Assembly (NCBI GenBank): GCA_024404975.1
Contig: JAKSPH010000002.1
Location: 1-46,190, forward strand
Reading direction: 5' to 3'
DNA length: 46,190 nucleotides
Source of the DNA: Clostridia bacterium
GTDB taxonomy: Bacteria > Bacillota > Clostridia > Oscillospirales > CAG-272
Shown here: piece after piece, positions 26,287 to 36,576 of the stretch
Layout: the number at the start of each line of letters is the position of its first letter
Numbering within the stretch: position 1 is the first letter of the stretch
Notes under the pieces: model-generated
What the model was told of the DNA's origin: nothing
Database searches by the model: none
Seen by the model: only the letters and a program-made list of their open reading frames with translations
Program-made: the position numbers and the translations under genes

Positions 26287-26315
26287 ATTATAACATTCTC
26301 CGCCCGAAAAGTCAA
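26287..26315 (-). promoter_or_regulatory. sigma70 promoter for the exonuclease gene
   Basis: Minus strand reads TTGACT-17 nt-TATAAT with TGT. Confidence 0.6.
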
Positions 26316-26335
26316 GATATATCAAAGCGAAAACC

Positions 26336-26364
26336 TTGACAAACCGCCGTCTTTGTGATAAAAT
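26336..26364 (+). promoter_or_regulatory. sigma70 promoter for glutamine synthetase
   Basis: TTGACA-17 nt-TAAAAT. Confidence 0.65.
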
Positions 26365-26401
26365 ATACTATCAACATTCAATTGTGAAGGAAGTTCAGAA
26401 A

Positions 26402-28501
26402 ATGGATAAGGCAGTATCTATCCCGGAAATCTTCGGTTCGGCTGTTTTCAGTGAGGACGTCATGCGTCAGACGCTTCCGCCCGACGTGTTCGCGTCGCTG
26501 ATCAACACGGTCGAGAACGGAACGGAAATTGATCCCGGCATTGCCGACGTTGTCGCGTCAGCAATGAAGGATTGGGCAATCAAACTCGGTGCAACGCACT
26601 TTACGCATTGGTTCCAGCCCCTGACCGGAGTCACTGCCGAGAAACACGACTCCTTCGTATCTCCCGCCGAGCATGGCAGAGCCATCATGGAGTTCTCCGG
26701 AAAAGAACTCATCAAGGGTGAGCCGGACGCGTCGAGTTTCCCCTCCGGAGGTCTGCGCGCCACGTTCGAGGCGAGAGGATATACCTCGTGGGATCCCGCG
26801 TCCTTCGCGTTCGTGAAAGACGGCTCTCTCTACATTCCCACCGTATTCTGCTCATACACGGGCGAGTCGCTCGATACCAAAACACCGCTTCTCCGCTCGA
26901 TCGACGCTCTCAATACCGAGGGTGTCCGTTTGCTCCGTGCGCTCGGTGATAAAGAAGTTTCCCGCATCACGCCCACCGTCGGTGCGGAACAGGAATATTT
27001 CCTTGTCGATGCCGATGATTTCAAGGCGAGAAAAGACCTCTTCTTCTGCGGAAGAACGCTGTTCGGCGCTCCCGCGGTCAAGGGACAGGAACTCGACGAC
27101 CATTACTTCGGCGCCCTCCGTCCCAAAGTTTCCGCGTTCATGAAAGCGCTCGATTACGAACTCTGGACACTCGGCATCTGCTCCAAGACAAAACACAACG
27201 AAGTCGCACCCGCGCAGCATGAACTTGCTCCCGTTTTCTGCTCCACCAACCGTGCCGTGGATCAGAATCTTCTGACGATGGAGTATATGAAGCGCCTCGC
27301 GCCCAAGTTCGGCATGGAATGCCTGCTCGCCGAAAAACCCTTTGACGGTATCAACGGCTCCGGAAAGCACAACAACTGGTCGCTCTCCACCGACACGGGC
27401 AGAAACCTTCTCAAACCGGGTCGCCGTCCTGCCGAAAATAAAGAATTCCTCACCGTCCTCGCCGCCGTCATCAAAGCGGTGGATGACTATCAGGATCTGC
27501 TCCGCATCTCCGCGGCGAGTGCCGGAAACGACCACCGTCTCGGCGGTAACGAAGCACCTCCCGCCATCATCTCCATCTTCCTCGGTGAAGAACTTGAGGA
27601 CATTGTGGATTCTCTCATCGCAGGTTCCAAATACGAGAACCGCGAGAGCAAGTATATGACCTTGGGACTGCGTTCTGTTCCGAATATCAGACAGGATAAG
27701 ACGGACAGAAACCGCACTTCGCCCTTTGCCTTCACGGGAAACAAGTTTGAATTCCGTATGGTCGGTTCGTCGCAGAACATCGCGTTCGCGAATATCGTTC
27801 TGAACACCGCCGTTGCGAAATCCTTTGCCGACTTCGCCGACGTGCTGGAAGGTGCGAAAGACTTTGACGCGGCTCTTTCCGAGTTGCTCGGCAAGACCTT
27901 CCGCGATCATAGCAGAATTCTCTTCTCCGGCAACAGTTACAGTGCCGAGTGGGAGAAAGAAGCGAAAGCAAGAGGACTCTCCGTGTTTAAGAGCGCACCC
28001 GAAGCGTATGCGCACTTCACGGATGAGAAGAACGTGAAACTGTTCTCCAAGTTCGGTGTCATGACCGAAACCGAGATGAATTCCCGCCGCTCCATCTTCT
28101 TTGAGAATTACCGCAAGATCGTCGGCATCGAGGCACGCACCATGGTCGAGATGACCGTGCGCGATATCCTCCCCGCCGTGTCCAAATACGTGACCGCGCT
28201 CTCCGAGTCCGTGACCGCCCGCCGTGCCGTGATCGCCGGTGCGCCCGCCGCAATGGAAGAGGAAGTGATCGGTAAACTCTCCGCCCTTATGTCAGAGGCA
28301 TACGACGCGGCAAACGTCCTCGCCGCCGCGGAAAAGACCGCTTGCTCGAAAGCCACCGAAGAGGATTCGGCGAACGCGTATCTCACCGCCGTCATTCCGA
28401 AAATGGCAGAACTCCGCAGCAAGGTCGACGCGATGGAAGTGCTCACTTCCCGTGAGTATTGGCCCATGCCGACCTACGGAGATCTCACTTTCAGAGTGTA
28501 A
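26402..28501 (+). CDS. glnN: glutamine synthetase, type III
   Basis: The ATG at 26402 follows GAAGGAAG. The protein is ~699 aa. The N-terminus ...MKDWAIKLGATHFTHWFQPLTG and the size are typical of GS type III. Confidence 0.88.
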   Translation: MDKAVSIPEIFGSAVFSEDVMRQTLPPDVFASLINTVENGTEIDPGIADVVASAMKDWAIKLGATHFTHWFQPLTGVTAEKHDSFVSPAEHGRAIMEFSGKELIKGEPDASSFPSGGLRATFEARGYTSWDPASFAFVKDGSLYIPTVFCSYTGESLDTKTPLLRSIDALNTEGVRLLRALGDKEVSRITPTVGAEQEYFLVDADDFKARKDLFFCGRTLFGAPAVKGQELDDHYFGALRPKVSAFMKALDYELWTLGICSKTKHNEVAPAQHELAPVFCSTNRAVDQNLLTMEYMKRLAPKFGMECLLAEKPFDGINGSGKHNNWSLSTDTGRNLLKPGRRPAENKEFLTVLAAVIKAVDDYQDLLRISAASAGNDHRLGGNEAPPAIISIFLGEELEDIVDSLIAGSKYENRESKYMTLGLRSVPNIRQDKTDRNRTSPFAFTGNKFEFRMVGSSQNIAFANIVLNTAVAKSFADFADVLEGAKDFDAALSELLGKTFRDHSRILFSGNSYSAEWEKEAKARGLSVFKSAPEAYAHFTDEKNVKLFSKFGVMTETEMNSRRSIFFENYRKIVGIEARTMVEMTVRDILPAVSKYVTALSESVTARRAVIAGAPAAMEEEVIGKLSALMSEAYDAANVLAAAEKTACSKATEEDSANAYLTAVIPKMAELRSKVDAMEVLTSREYWPMPTYGDLTFRV

Positions 28502-28517
28502 ATCTTTATTTACATTG

Positions 28518-28560
28518 AAAAAATCCCGTCCTTCGAGAGAAGAACGGGATTTTTGTTTTC
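28518..28560 (+). terminator. rho-independent terminator after glutamine synthetase
   Basis: Hairpin ATCCCGTCCTT/AAGAACGGGAT (one mismatch) followed by TTTTTGTTTT. Confidence 0.75.
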
Positions 28561-28679
28561 GCTTTTTGTGAAAACAGGCAATAGGGGGGTGCTAATTGCC
28601 GGTAAAACGGGGGTATGGGGTGCCTGCGACGTGAAAACCGGCAGTTTTTCGGGTTTGTAAGATGCGCGCATTTTGCGTG

Positions 28680-30434
28680 TCAGATCTGACCGTTTGGGGC
28701 GGTTTCGTTCCCCGCGAACTGATAGTCGTAAAGTTTTTTGTAAGCACCGTCGCGGGCGAGCAACTCTTTGTGCGTTCCTTGCTCCACGATGCCGGTGTTG
28801 TCGAGTACGACGATCTCATCGGCGTTCTTTACGGTGGAAAGACGGTGAGCAACGACGATGACGGTACGACCGCGGGCAAGTTCCTCAAGTGATGCCTGAA
28901 TCTGCATTTCGGTCGCGTTGTCGAGGGCGCTCGTCGCCTCGTCAAGAATGAGCAGTTTAGGGTTCTTCAAAAAGATACGCGCGATCGCGACTCTCTGTTT
29001 CTGACCGCCGGAAAGACGGATGCCACGCTCGCCGACCTGCGTGTCGTAACCCTTTTCCAAGCCGGAAACAAACTCGTCAATGTTGGCTTTCTTGGCGGCG
29101 GCAACGACTTCTTCGTCCGTTACGCCGGGCGTACCGTAAGCGATATTGTCGCGGATGGAACCGTCAAAGAGAAAGATGTTTTGTGATACGATGCCGATGG
29201 CACTGCGCAGGGAAGAAAGTCTGATGTCCATCACGTCCACGCCGTCCAAGGTGATCTTTCCCTCGTTGACGTTGTAGAAACGGGGGATCAGATGGCAGAC
29301 GGTCGTCTTTCCGCCGCCAGATGGTCCGACAAGCGCAAGCGTCTGTCCCGGTTTGACGGAGAGGTTCATGTGCGAGAGAACGGTGCGTTCTTCCGTGTCG
29401 CCGTCTTCGCTTTCATAGCGGAAGGAAACGTCCTCGAATCGGATCTCGCCTTTTACGTCGTCGAGCACGGTGGTTCCGAGATCTTCTTCATCCGGCAAAT
29501 CCATGACCTGGCAGAATCTCGAAAAGCCCGTCATACCCTCCTGAAGTTGCTCAAAGAGGGACACAAAGCGGTGGATGGGATTCAGGAACATACTGATATA
29601 AAGAACAAATGCGGCAAAATCGCCCGCGTCGATCTTTCCGTAATAGAGGAACAAACCGCCGACGGCGATGATGACGAGATAGAGGATGTCCGAGAGAAGC
29701 TGCATTCCGGAATCGAAGATACCGAGTGCGAACATGGCGCTCCTGCGGTGCTTTACGAACAGGGAATTCTCACGGTCGAATTTTTCAAGTTCGAACTGTT
29801 CCGCAACGTACGACTTCGTTTCGCGAATGCCGGAAATAGAGGTTTCCACCGAGGCGTTGACTGCGGCGATCTGCGCGCGGGAGGCACTCATCGCCTTGTG
29901 CATCGCGGAGCGGGAGAGGAAGGTGAACAGTACGATAAAGGGGATCACGGCGAACATGATCAGCGTCAGCGTCAGATTGATCCTGACGAGGATCACGAAC
30001 GAGCCGACAAGCATCAGCACGGAGAGAAGCAGGTTTTCGGGACCGTGGTGGACGAGTTCGGAAACGTCGAAGAGGTCGCCCACAAGGCGGGAGAGCAGAT
30101 CACCCGTTTTGTTCTTGTCGAAATAGGAGAAGGGCAGGGATTCGTATTTGCGGAAAAGATCCCGACGCATGGATGCCTGAATACGAATACCGATGACATG
30201 CCCGTAGTAGCCGATAAAGTAGTTGCAAAGCGCTTTGAAAAGGTAGATGCCGAGCAGGACGAACGCCCAGATGATCAACCGGCGGGGTGTGTCATCGTAG
30301 ACGTACTCGTTGATGATCTTTCGCGCGACCGTCGGGTAAAAGAGTCCGCACGCCGCCACCGCGACTGCCGCGAACATATCGACGGAGAACAGAGCGAGAT
30401 GCTCTTTGTAGTAGGATAAGAATCTGCGAATCAT
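28680..30434 (-). CDS. ABC exporter, fused permease/ATP-binding half-transporter (MsbA/MdlB-like)
   Basis: The start at 30434 (MIRRFLSYYKEHL) is used; the upstream part of the listed ORF is Arg-rich junk. There are six TM segments, then Walker A GPSGGGKTT, signature LSGGQKQR and Walker B LILDEATSALD. Confidence 0.9.
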   Translation of the reverse strand: MIRRFLSYYKEHLALFSVDMFAAVAVAACGLFYPTVARKIINEYVYDDTPRRLIIWAFVLLGIYLFKALCNYFIGYYGHVIGIRIQASMRRDLFRKYESLPFSYFDKNKTGDLLSRLVGDLFDVSELVHHGPENLLLSVLMLVGSFVILVRINLTLTLIMFAVIPFIVLFTFLSRSAMHKAMSASRAQIAAVNASVETSISGIRETKSYVAEQFELEKFDRENSLFVKHRRSAMFALGIFDSGMQLLSDILYLVIIAVGGLFLYYGKIDAGDFAAFVLYISMFLNPIHRFVSLFEQLQEGMTGFSRFCQVMDLPDEEDLGTTVLDDVKGEIRFEDVSFRYESEDGDTEERTVLSHMNLSVKPGQTLALVGPSGGGKTTVCHLIPRFYNVNEGKITLDGVDVMDIRLSSLRSAIGIVSQNIFLFDGSIRDNIAYGTPGVTDEEVVAAAKKANIDEFVSGLEKGYDTQVGERGIRLSGGQKQRVAIARIFLKNPKLLILDEATSALDNATEMQIQASLEELARGRTVIVVAHRLSTVKNADEIVVLDNTGIVEQGTHKELLARDGAYKKLYDYQFAGNETAPNGQI

Positions 30435-30508
30435 GTTTTTTCCTTTCAAGTTGAAACGAAAATCCGCTCCCGCGAGGGAAACCGATCTTCCGATTCCGGC
30501 TTGTCTTT

Positions 30509-31108
30509 TTAAGTTTCGTCGGATCTGTCGAATCCGTAGGTGTAGCGCCATTTGCGGATGGCATCCAGGTCGTCTTCCCCGACCTTTTTCTTTTTGAGCA
30601 GTGTTTTGAAGATCTCGGAAAAATCGAGTTCTCCTTCCTCGGTGAGGGAACGGATGGCGGCGCTGACGTCCGCTTTGCGATACCCCTTCACACACAGGTC
30701 GCGCAGGATACGGTGCGGACCGTGGAGTTTCCCCTTCGCCTCCCGTAAAACCGCGTCCGCGACTTGGCGTTGTTCGTTGAGATAGCCGAGAGAAACCGCC
30801 TCTTTCGTGACCTGCGCCGCCACTTCGCGGGAGAAGCCGGCGCGCAGAAGCTTGTCCGTCAGTTGCTTTTCGCTGTTGTCGGCATATGCGAGAATGTTGA
30901 GCGCCTTTTTCATCGCGAAATACCGCTCGGATTCCGCTTTCAGCACGGAAAGTTGCTCCTCGTTCAGGACTTCGCCCCGTACGGGTGCGCCGATGCTCTC
31001 AAACACGCCCTCGGACACCGCAAACCGTCGGGTTTCCCCGCCGTCAAGCACAGTCAGAGCGAGATACTCCTTCGTTGACGCGGGTTTGATGTAGACAAGT
31101 TTGCCCAT
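30509..31108 (-). CDS. recX: RecA regulator RecX
   Basis: 199 aa lying directly downstream of recA. It has a repeated three-helix pattern (ALNILAYADNSEKQLTDKLLRAGFSREVAAQV...). Confidence 0.8.
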   Translation of the reverse strand: MGKLVYIKPASTKEYLALTVLDGGETRRFAVSEGVFESIGAPVRGEVLNEEQLSVLKAESERYFAMKKALNILAYADNSEKQLTDKLLRAGFSREVAAQVTKEAVSLGYLNEQRQVADAVLREAKGKLHGPHRILRDLCVKGYRKADVSAAIRSLTEEGELDFSEIFKTLLKKKKVGEDDLDAIRKWRYTYGFDRSDET

Positions 31109-31158
31109 AGGGAAGTCCTTTCCGGGGACTGCTCGCCCCTTTTTTTACAATGAAATAA

Positions 31159-31185
31159 GGCGGTAAACGATAGGATTTACCGCCC
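31159..31185 (-). terminator. terminator-like hairpin between recA and recX
   Basis: 9-bp stem GGCGGTAAA/TTTACCGCC followed by TTATTTCATT on the minus strand. The T-run is modest, so termination is probably partial. Confidence 0.5.
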
Positions 31186-31198
31186 TTTATTGGTTGAC

Positions 31199-32305
31199 TC
31201 AGATCTCGGTGTCGTCCGCGGCGTCGAAATCTTTGATCTCGAAATCGTCGTCCTCGCCGAGAGCCTCGTCGGCATCGGGATTCTTGCTCATTCTGTCACG
31301 GACAACGGCTTCAAGCGTTGCGAGAAGTTCTTTGTCGGACTCAATGAGTTTTCTGACGTTCTCCTTGCCCTGACCGAGGCGGGTGCCGTCGTAGTAGAAC
31401 CACGCACCGCTCTTTTCGATGATGCCCATGGTGAGCGCAAGATCAATGATCTCGGTGGATTTGGAAATACCCGAACCGTAGAGAATATCGAATTCCGCGG
31501 TACGGAAGGGAGGAGCGACTTTGTTCTTTACGACCTTGCACTTGGTGCGGGAACCGTAGACTTCATCGCCGTTTTTGAGCGACTCGCTGCGGCGCACGTC
31601 GATACGCACGGAAGCATAGAACTTGAGCGCACGGCCGCCGGTGGTGACTTCGGGGTTGCCGTACATAACGCCGACTTTTTCACGAAGCTGGTTCGTGAAG
31701 ATGACGATCGCGTTGGATTTTGCGATCGCGCCGGAGAGTTTTCTCATTGCCTGGGACATCAGACGCGCCTGAACGCCGACGTGGGACGCACCCATATCGC
31801 CTTCGATCTCCTGTCGGGGAACGAGAGCCGCTACGGAGTCGATGACGATGATGTCGATCGCACCGGAATTGACGAGTGTTTCCGCGATCTCAAGTGCCTG
31901 TTCACCGCAGTCGGGCTGGGACACGAGAAGGTTGTTGATATCTACACCGAGGTGTTTTGCGTAAACGGGATCGAGCGCGTGTTCCGCGTCGATGAACGCC
32001 GCCTCACCGCCCTGTCTTTGAACTTCCGCGATAACGTGGAGGGCGATGGTGGTTTTACCGGAAGATTCCGGACCGTAGATCTCGGTGATTCTTCCTTTCG
32101 GAATACCGCCGATACCGAGGGCAAAGTCAAGACTCAGCGAACCGGTCGAAACGGCGGATACGTTCATATTGGCATTTTCGCCCAAACGCATGATAGAGCC
32201 TTTTCCGCATTCACGTTCAATACGTGCCATCACGGATTCGACTGCCGCTTTTTTCTCATTTTCCTGCGGCTTCGTTTCGGTTGCCGCGCTTTTTTTTGCT
32301 GCCAT
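31199..32305 (-). CDS. recA: recombinase RecA
   Basis: 368 aa with Walker [10 protein letters not shown], the motif [10 protein letters not shown] and an acidic C-terminal tail. The SD is AAAAGGAGA. Confidence 0.98.
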   Translation of the reverse strand: MAAKKSAATETKPQENEKKAAVESVMARIERECGKGSIMRLGENANMNVSAVSTGSLSLDFALGIGGIPKGRITEIYGPESSGKTTIALHVIAEVQRQGGEAAFIDAEHALDPVYAKHLGVDINNLLVSQPDCGEQALEIAETLVNSGAIDIIVIDSVAALVPRQEIEGDMGASHVGVQARLMSQAMRKLSGAIAKSNAIVIFTNQLREKVGVMYGNPEVTTGGRALKFYASVRIDVRRSESLKNGDEVYGSRTKCKVVKNKVAPPFRTAEFDILYGSGISKSTEIIDLALTMGIIEKSGAWFYYDGTRLGQGKENVRKLIESDKELLATLEAVVRDRMSKNPDADEALGEDDDFEIKDFDAADDTEI

Positions 32306-32401
32306 AGTGGATCTCCTTTTTGTTGTTTGATGGTGCTATTATACCGAAAGGTCTGTACGATAAATCGGACAGTTATGCACTTGTGGGAAGTTTTCGGAAA
32401 A

Positions 32402-33682
32402 TTATTCTCCGAAGAGCATGGTGGCGCCGACGGGCCGGATACGGAGGTTCATTGCCGCGCCTTCACCGAACACACTGTCCATCGCTTTGCAGTACTCATC
32501 CGCGTACTCGTTCTTTACGAACACTTGGATCGTACCCGCGAAACCGCCGCCGTGAACACGGCAGGCACCGCCTTTTCCTGCGAGGAGGGTTTCCGTCAGA
32601 CAGAGCGCCAGAGACAGTCCCTGTTCTTTCGGATTGAGCGTCGTGTAGACGTTCTGCAAATACTTAAAGGAAGAGTTTCCGGAATCCGTGATGCCGCGGA
32701 AGAAGCCGTCGACGTCGCTGGTCTTGAGCGCGGAACGGATCACGCCTACCCTGTTATTTTCTCTTACAAAGTGGAAGGCGCGGAGGAGGGCACGGTCGTT
32801 GACTTCGGCACGGATCTTACCGGCGTTGTCGATCAGATCCTTTTCGGTCACACCGCGGAGAACTTCTTTGCCGAGGACGGCGGCGACTGCCTTCATCTCT
32901 GCGGGAACGGAAGCATAGTCCGCGTTGAGGTTCGCGTGGTTGCCGCCCGTGTTGACGATGCAGAGGGAATAGCCGGCGTTGGTGAGGGAGAAGTCGATCG
33001 GCTCAACGATCGGGTTCTTGGGATCGGCAAAGTCGATGTAGACGAATCCGCCGACGGCACACGCCATCTGATCCATCAGACCGCAGGGCTTTCCGAAGAA
33101 CTCGTTTTCAGAGAATTGGGCGAGCTTCGCGATCTCGATCGCACTGACTTTACCGTCATTGTAGAAGTGATTGAGGATGTTTCCGATCATCACTTCAAAG
33201 GCGGCGGAAGAGGAGATACCGCTTCCCTTGAGGACTTCGGTGGTGGAGTACGCGTCGTAACCTCCGATGGAATAACCTTCTTTTTCAAATCCGCGGGCAA
33301 GACCTGCGACAAGCGCGCGGGAGGTGAACTTGCGGAAGTTGTTCGGAGAGTCGATGCGGGACAGGTCCACGGTGTCTTCGGGATAACCCTTGGAATGGAA
33401 ACGGATCACCCCGTCCTCGTTTCTTGCGGCGACGGCGATGATGTCACGGTCGATGGCTCCTGCGAGAACGCAGCCGTGGTTGTGGTCGGTGTGGTTGCCG
33501 CTGATCTCGCTTCTGCCGGGGACGGAGAAAACGGCGATATCACGGTCCTCACCGTACATTTCGGTGAAGCAGTCAATGGCTTCGATCATACGGGCGGTCT
33601 GACGTTCTACGTCGGCGTAGAGGTTGGCGTAGGCGTTCAGGACGCCGTTTTGCAGTTGTTCTTTGAGTTCTGCGGGTTTCAT
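32402..33682 (-). CDS. galactokinase-family GHMP sugar kinase
   Basis: The start at 33682 (MKPAELKEQL) follows AAGGGGA. The motifs are PGRSEISGNHTDHNHG (galactokinase-like motif I) and the GHMP motif GSGISSSAAFEV. Confidence 0.82.
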   Translation of the reverse strand: MKPAELKEQLQNGVLNAYANLYADVERQTARMIEAIDCFTEMYGEDRDIAVFSVPGRSEISGNHTDHNHGCVLAGAIDRDIIAVAARNEDGVIRFHSKGYPEDTVDLSRIDSPNNFRKFTSRALVAGLARGFEKEGYSIGGYDAYSTTEVLKGSGISSSAAFEVMIGNILNHFYNDGKVSAIEIAKLAQFSENEFFGKPCGLMDQMACAVGGFVYIDFADPKNPIVEPIDFSLTNAGYSLCIVNTGGNHANLNADYASVPAEMKAVAAVLGKEVLRGVTEKDLIDNAGKIRAEVNDRALLRAFHFVRENNRVGVIRSALKTSDVDGFFRGITDSGNSSFKYLQNVYTTLNPKEQGLSLALCLTETLLAGKGGACRVHGGGFAGTIQVFVKNEYADEYCKAMDSVFGEGAAMNLRIRPVGATMLFGE

Positions 33683-33686
33683 ATTG

Positions 33687-34652
33687 TTATTCCCCTTGTA
33701 AAGAATTATTTGCAAATATGTTGATACATTCCGAAACGAGATCGGAGAAAGGACGCATCATTCCGTCGGGGGTGTCTACCGTCAGCCGTACGGCATCCGG
33801 CTCTTTGCGAAACCACGTCAGTTGCCGTTTCGCGTAACGGCGGGAAGACTGTTTGAGCTGTTCCACGGCTTCACCGACGGTCGTTTCCCCGCGGATCGCG
33901 CCGAGGAGTTCTTTATATCCGATGGCTTGCGCCGCCGTGGACTTTTGCGACAGATAACCGAGATCGTACAGGCGTTCGACCTCTGCTAAAAGACCGCAAT
34001 CCATCATTTCGTCCACGCGCCGGTCGATCCTCGAATAGAGCAGATCGCGGTTTGAAAAGTCCAGGGTGACCATCTTCACGCGGATGCCGTCGCGCGGCTT
34101 CTTCGTCGCTTCGTCGAACACGCTTTTCGGAATTCCGGTCGTTTCGTAGATCTCAAGCGCGCGCAGAACGCGGCGCACGTTGTTCCTGTGGGTGGAGAGG
34201 GCGCTTTGCGGGTCGACCGCTAATAGCATCCGGTAGAGTTCCTCACGTCCCTCTTTGGTCAGGGTGAGTGCTTGGTATTTTTCCTTGAAAGCGGGATCGC
34301 TTTTCGGCACGTCCTCGCTTTCGGCGCGGATGAGAGAGTCGATGTAAAGTCCCGTTCCACCGACGAACAGAGGCGTTTTTCCTCGTTCGGAGATGCCTTT
34401 TGCCGCGGCGAGAGCGTCCGAAACGTAGTCCATCGCGCTATACGGTGTTCCGGGATCGAGAAAGTCAATGAGGCAGTGCGGAACCTCAGCCCGTTCTTCG
34501 GGAGTGGGTTTCGCGGTTCCGATATCCATATATCGGTAGATCTGCATGGAGTCGCAGGACACGATCTCGCAACCGAGTTCCTTTGCGACGGCGATGCCGA
34601 GGGCGGTCTTTCCGCTTGCGGTCGGACCGGTAATGGCGTAAGCGTTGATCAT
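33687..34652 (-). CDS. miaA: tRNA dimethylallyltransferase
   Basis: MINAYAITGPTASGKTALGIAVAKELGCEIVSCDSMQIYRYMDIGTAKPT gives the P-loop and the DSMQ(I/V)Y motif. The gene overlaps the upstream gene by 4 nt. Confidence 0.95.
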   Translation of the reverse strand: MINAYAITGPTASGKTALGIAVAKELGCEIVSCDSMQIYRYMDIGTAKPTPEERAEVPHCLIDFLDPGTPYSAMDYVSDALAAAKGISERGKTPLFVGGTGLYIDSLIRAESEDVPKSDPAFKEKYQALTLTKEGREELYRMLLAVDPQSALSTHRNNVRRVLRALEIYETTGIPKSVFDEATKKPRDGIRVKMVTLDFSNRDLLYSRIDRRVDEMMDCGLLAEVERLYDLGYLSQKSTAAQAIGYKELLGAIRGETTVGEAVEQLKQSSRRYAKRQLTWFRKEPDAVRLTVDTPDGMMRPFSDLVSECINIFANNSLQGE

Positions 34653-35581
34653 TGTGTGATCCGATCTACGAATTCTGTAAGATCCGTAAAGAATTCTTCA
34701 CGGCAGGTATCGTTGTGAATTTCGTGCCGGGCGCCGGAATAGAGTTTCATGCGGACGTCGGCACAACCGTGAAGGAGGAGATTTTTGTATACTTGTTCCA
34801 CCCCTTTGCCGTAGTTTCCGACGGGATCTTCCTGACCTGCGGCGAGGAAGGTCGGCAGGTTTTCGGGGTAGGAATCAAACCACGCACGGCTGTTGCATCT
34901 GCCGAGGGCATCGAACAGATCGCCGTAACCGGCGGCGGTGAAGGTGAAGTTTGCGAGAGGATCCTTGTCTTTCGCTTCCACGACGGTGCGGTCAGTGGAG
35001 ATCCACGCGCCGGCACCTTCGTCTTTTGCGCAACGTTTATTGTACGAGCCGAACACCAATTTGGTGAGCAATGCGGGACGTCGGCGCTCTCCGCGAAGGG
35101 TGCGGGTAATGCCGACCAGTGCCTTTGCCAACCAGAGTACGGAAGGCGCACTGCCGGTTCCGACAATGGCGACACCGCACACGTCCGCGGGATATTTTTC
35201 CACGAACAGACGCGCGAGGAAGGAACCCATACTGTGTCCCATCAGAACGACGGGAACGTCGGGATAGCGGGATTTGAGGAGCAGATTCATGGAATGGAGA
35301 TCACGGAGGATAAAGTCCACGCCGTTCGACGAAGCGATGAAACCGAGTTCATCCGCGTTCGCCGCGGTCGTTCCGTGACCGAGGTGATTGTTTCCGGCAA
35401 CGAGGATTCCCTGTGCCGTGAGGGCTTCGGCAAGACCTTCATACCGTTCGATATGTTCGACCATGCCGTGAGAAATCTGAAGGATAGCGCGGGGCGGTTC
35501 TGCGGGGACGTACAATTTACCCGTTACGGTGTGGATGAGATCCGACGAAGGGTAGGAAATTTCTGACACTGTATAACTCAT
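34649..35581 (-). CDS. alpha/beta hydrolase (lysophospholipase/monoacylglycerol lipase-like)
   Basis: 310 aa with the nucleophile elbow GHSMGS and the HG oxyanion motif (ISHGMVEH). Confidence 0.82.
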   Translation of the reverse strand: MSYTVSEISYPSSDLIHTVTGKLYVPAEPPRAILQISHGMVEHIERYEGLAEALTAQGILVAGNNHLGHGTTAANADELGFIASSNGVDFILRDLHSMNLLLKSRYPDVPVVLMGHSMGSFLARLFVEKYPADVCGVAIVGTGSAPSVLWLAKALVGITRTLRGERRRPALLTKLVFGSYNKRCAKDEGAGAWISTDRTVVEAKDKDPLANFTFTAAGYGDLFDALGRCNSRAWFDSYPENLPTFLAAGQEDPVGNYGKGVEQVYKNLLLHGCADVRMKLYSGARHEIHNDTCREEFFTDLTEFVDRITQ

Positions 35582-35614
35582 GGCGTTCTCCTTTACATGC
35601 TTGCGAGGTTGCCG

Positions 35615-36550
35615 TCAGCGGTTGCGGGAGAGAAATTCGTACACTTCCGGCGTGGTGGGGTAGACCGCGTGTGTCGCGCCTTTGGCGGCAAAGACCGCCA
35701 TCGCGGATTCGGCGAGCATCGCCGAGCCTTTCACGTCACCGCCCGTCAGATAACCGAGCAGGAGAGAGGCGTTATATACGTCGGTGAGATCCCGTGCCGC
35801 TCCGCAAAGTTTGCCGTTGCCGACGGGGGGAACCATGCCGTAGTGTTTGCCGTCGTAGAAGAAAGTTCCGCGGCGGTCAAGACGGATGACGAGGTATTTC
35901 GTGTGGATCTGACGGTAAACGGCGAGAGCCGCGCGAAGGCAGGAATCGGTACCTGCGGGGCGGGTTCCGCACATCTTTTCCGCCGTGACGTCGTCAATGA
36001 CGAAGAATTCCGACTGCGGGAGAGTGCCGACCGGAGAATCGCCGATCCCGTCCGTCGGGCAGACGGCGAAGGGAATTCCTTTTGCCGAAGCGATCTTCGC
36101 GGCGGCAGAGGTAACGGCGGCGGGGAGAGTAAGATCGAGAACGAGCATTTCGGGATTCAGCCCGAATGCTTCCTGAATGTTTTCCACGGTGAGATTCTCA
36201 TTCGCACCGGGGTAGATGACGCGGCGTTCCGCGCCGTCGCCTTCCTTGATGGTCACGCAAAGTCCGGTAGGAAATTCGTGATCCACCTTGACGGCGCAGG
36301 TGTCGATTCCGAGTTCACGGTAGTTTTCATACATACTCTGACCGTGGGCATCCGCGCCGAGTTTGGTGCAGAGCATCGCATCCGCGCCGAGTTTTGAGAG
36401 CGCGACCGCAAGTCCCGTAGCACCGCCCGACGGAAGGTAGGCGACACCGCCGTCATCCGTTACGGTCTGACCGGGTTCGGGAAGTTGAAACATATTGAGA
36501 GAGAGTTCCATCACGGAACTGCCGATCATTAAAATCTTTCGTTTATCCAT
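35615..36550 (-). CDS. PfkB/ribokinase-family carbohydrate kinase-like protein
   Basis: 311 aa with the overall PfkB pattern (MIGSSVMELSL..., GGATGLAVALSKLGA). The C-terminal DTxGAGD motif is not recognisable. The SD is AAGAAGG. Confidence 0.7.
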   Translation of the reverse strand: MDKRKILMIGSSVMELSLNMFQLPEPGQTVTDDGGVAYLPSGGATGLAVALSKLGADAMLCTKLGADAHGQSMYENYRELGIDTCAVKVDHEFPTGLCVTIKEGDGAERRVIYPGANENLTVENIQEAFGLNPEMLVLDLTLPAAVTSAAAKIASAKGIPFAVCPTDGIGDSPVGTLPQSEFFVIDDVTAEKMCGTRPAGTDSCLRAALAVYRQIHTKYLVIRLDRRGTFFYDGKHYGMVPPVGNGKLCGAARDLTDVYNASLLLGYLTGGDVKGSAMLAESAMAVFAAKGATHAVYPTTPEVYEFLSRNR

Positions 36551-36576
36551 TGTGAAACCTTCTTGAAATCGTGAGA

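Noticed and set aside
32306-32401. LexA (Cheo/SOS) box upstream of recA.
   Set aside because: I looked for GAAC-N4-GTTC / CGAACRNRYGTTYC and found no match. Only a TATAAT -10 with a poor -35 is visible. No claim can be made from the sequence alone.
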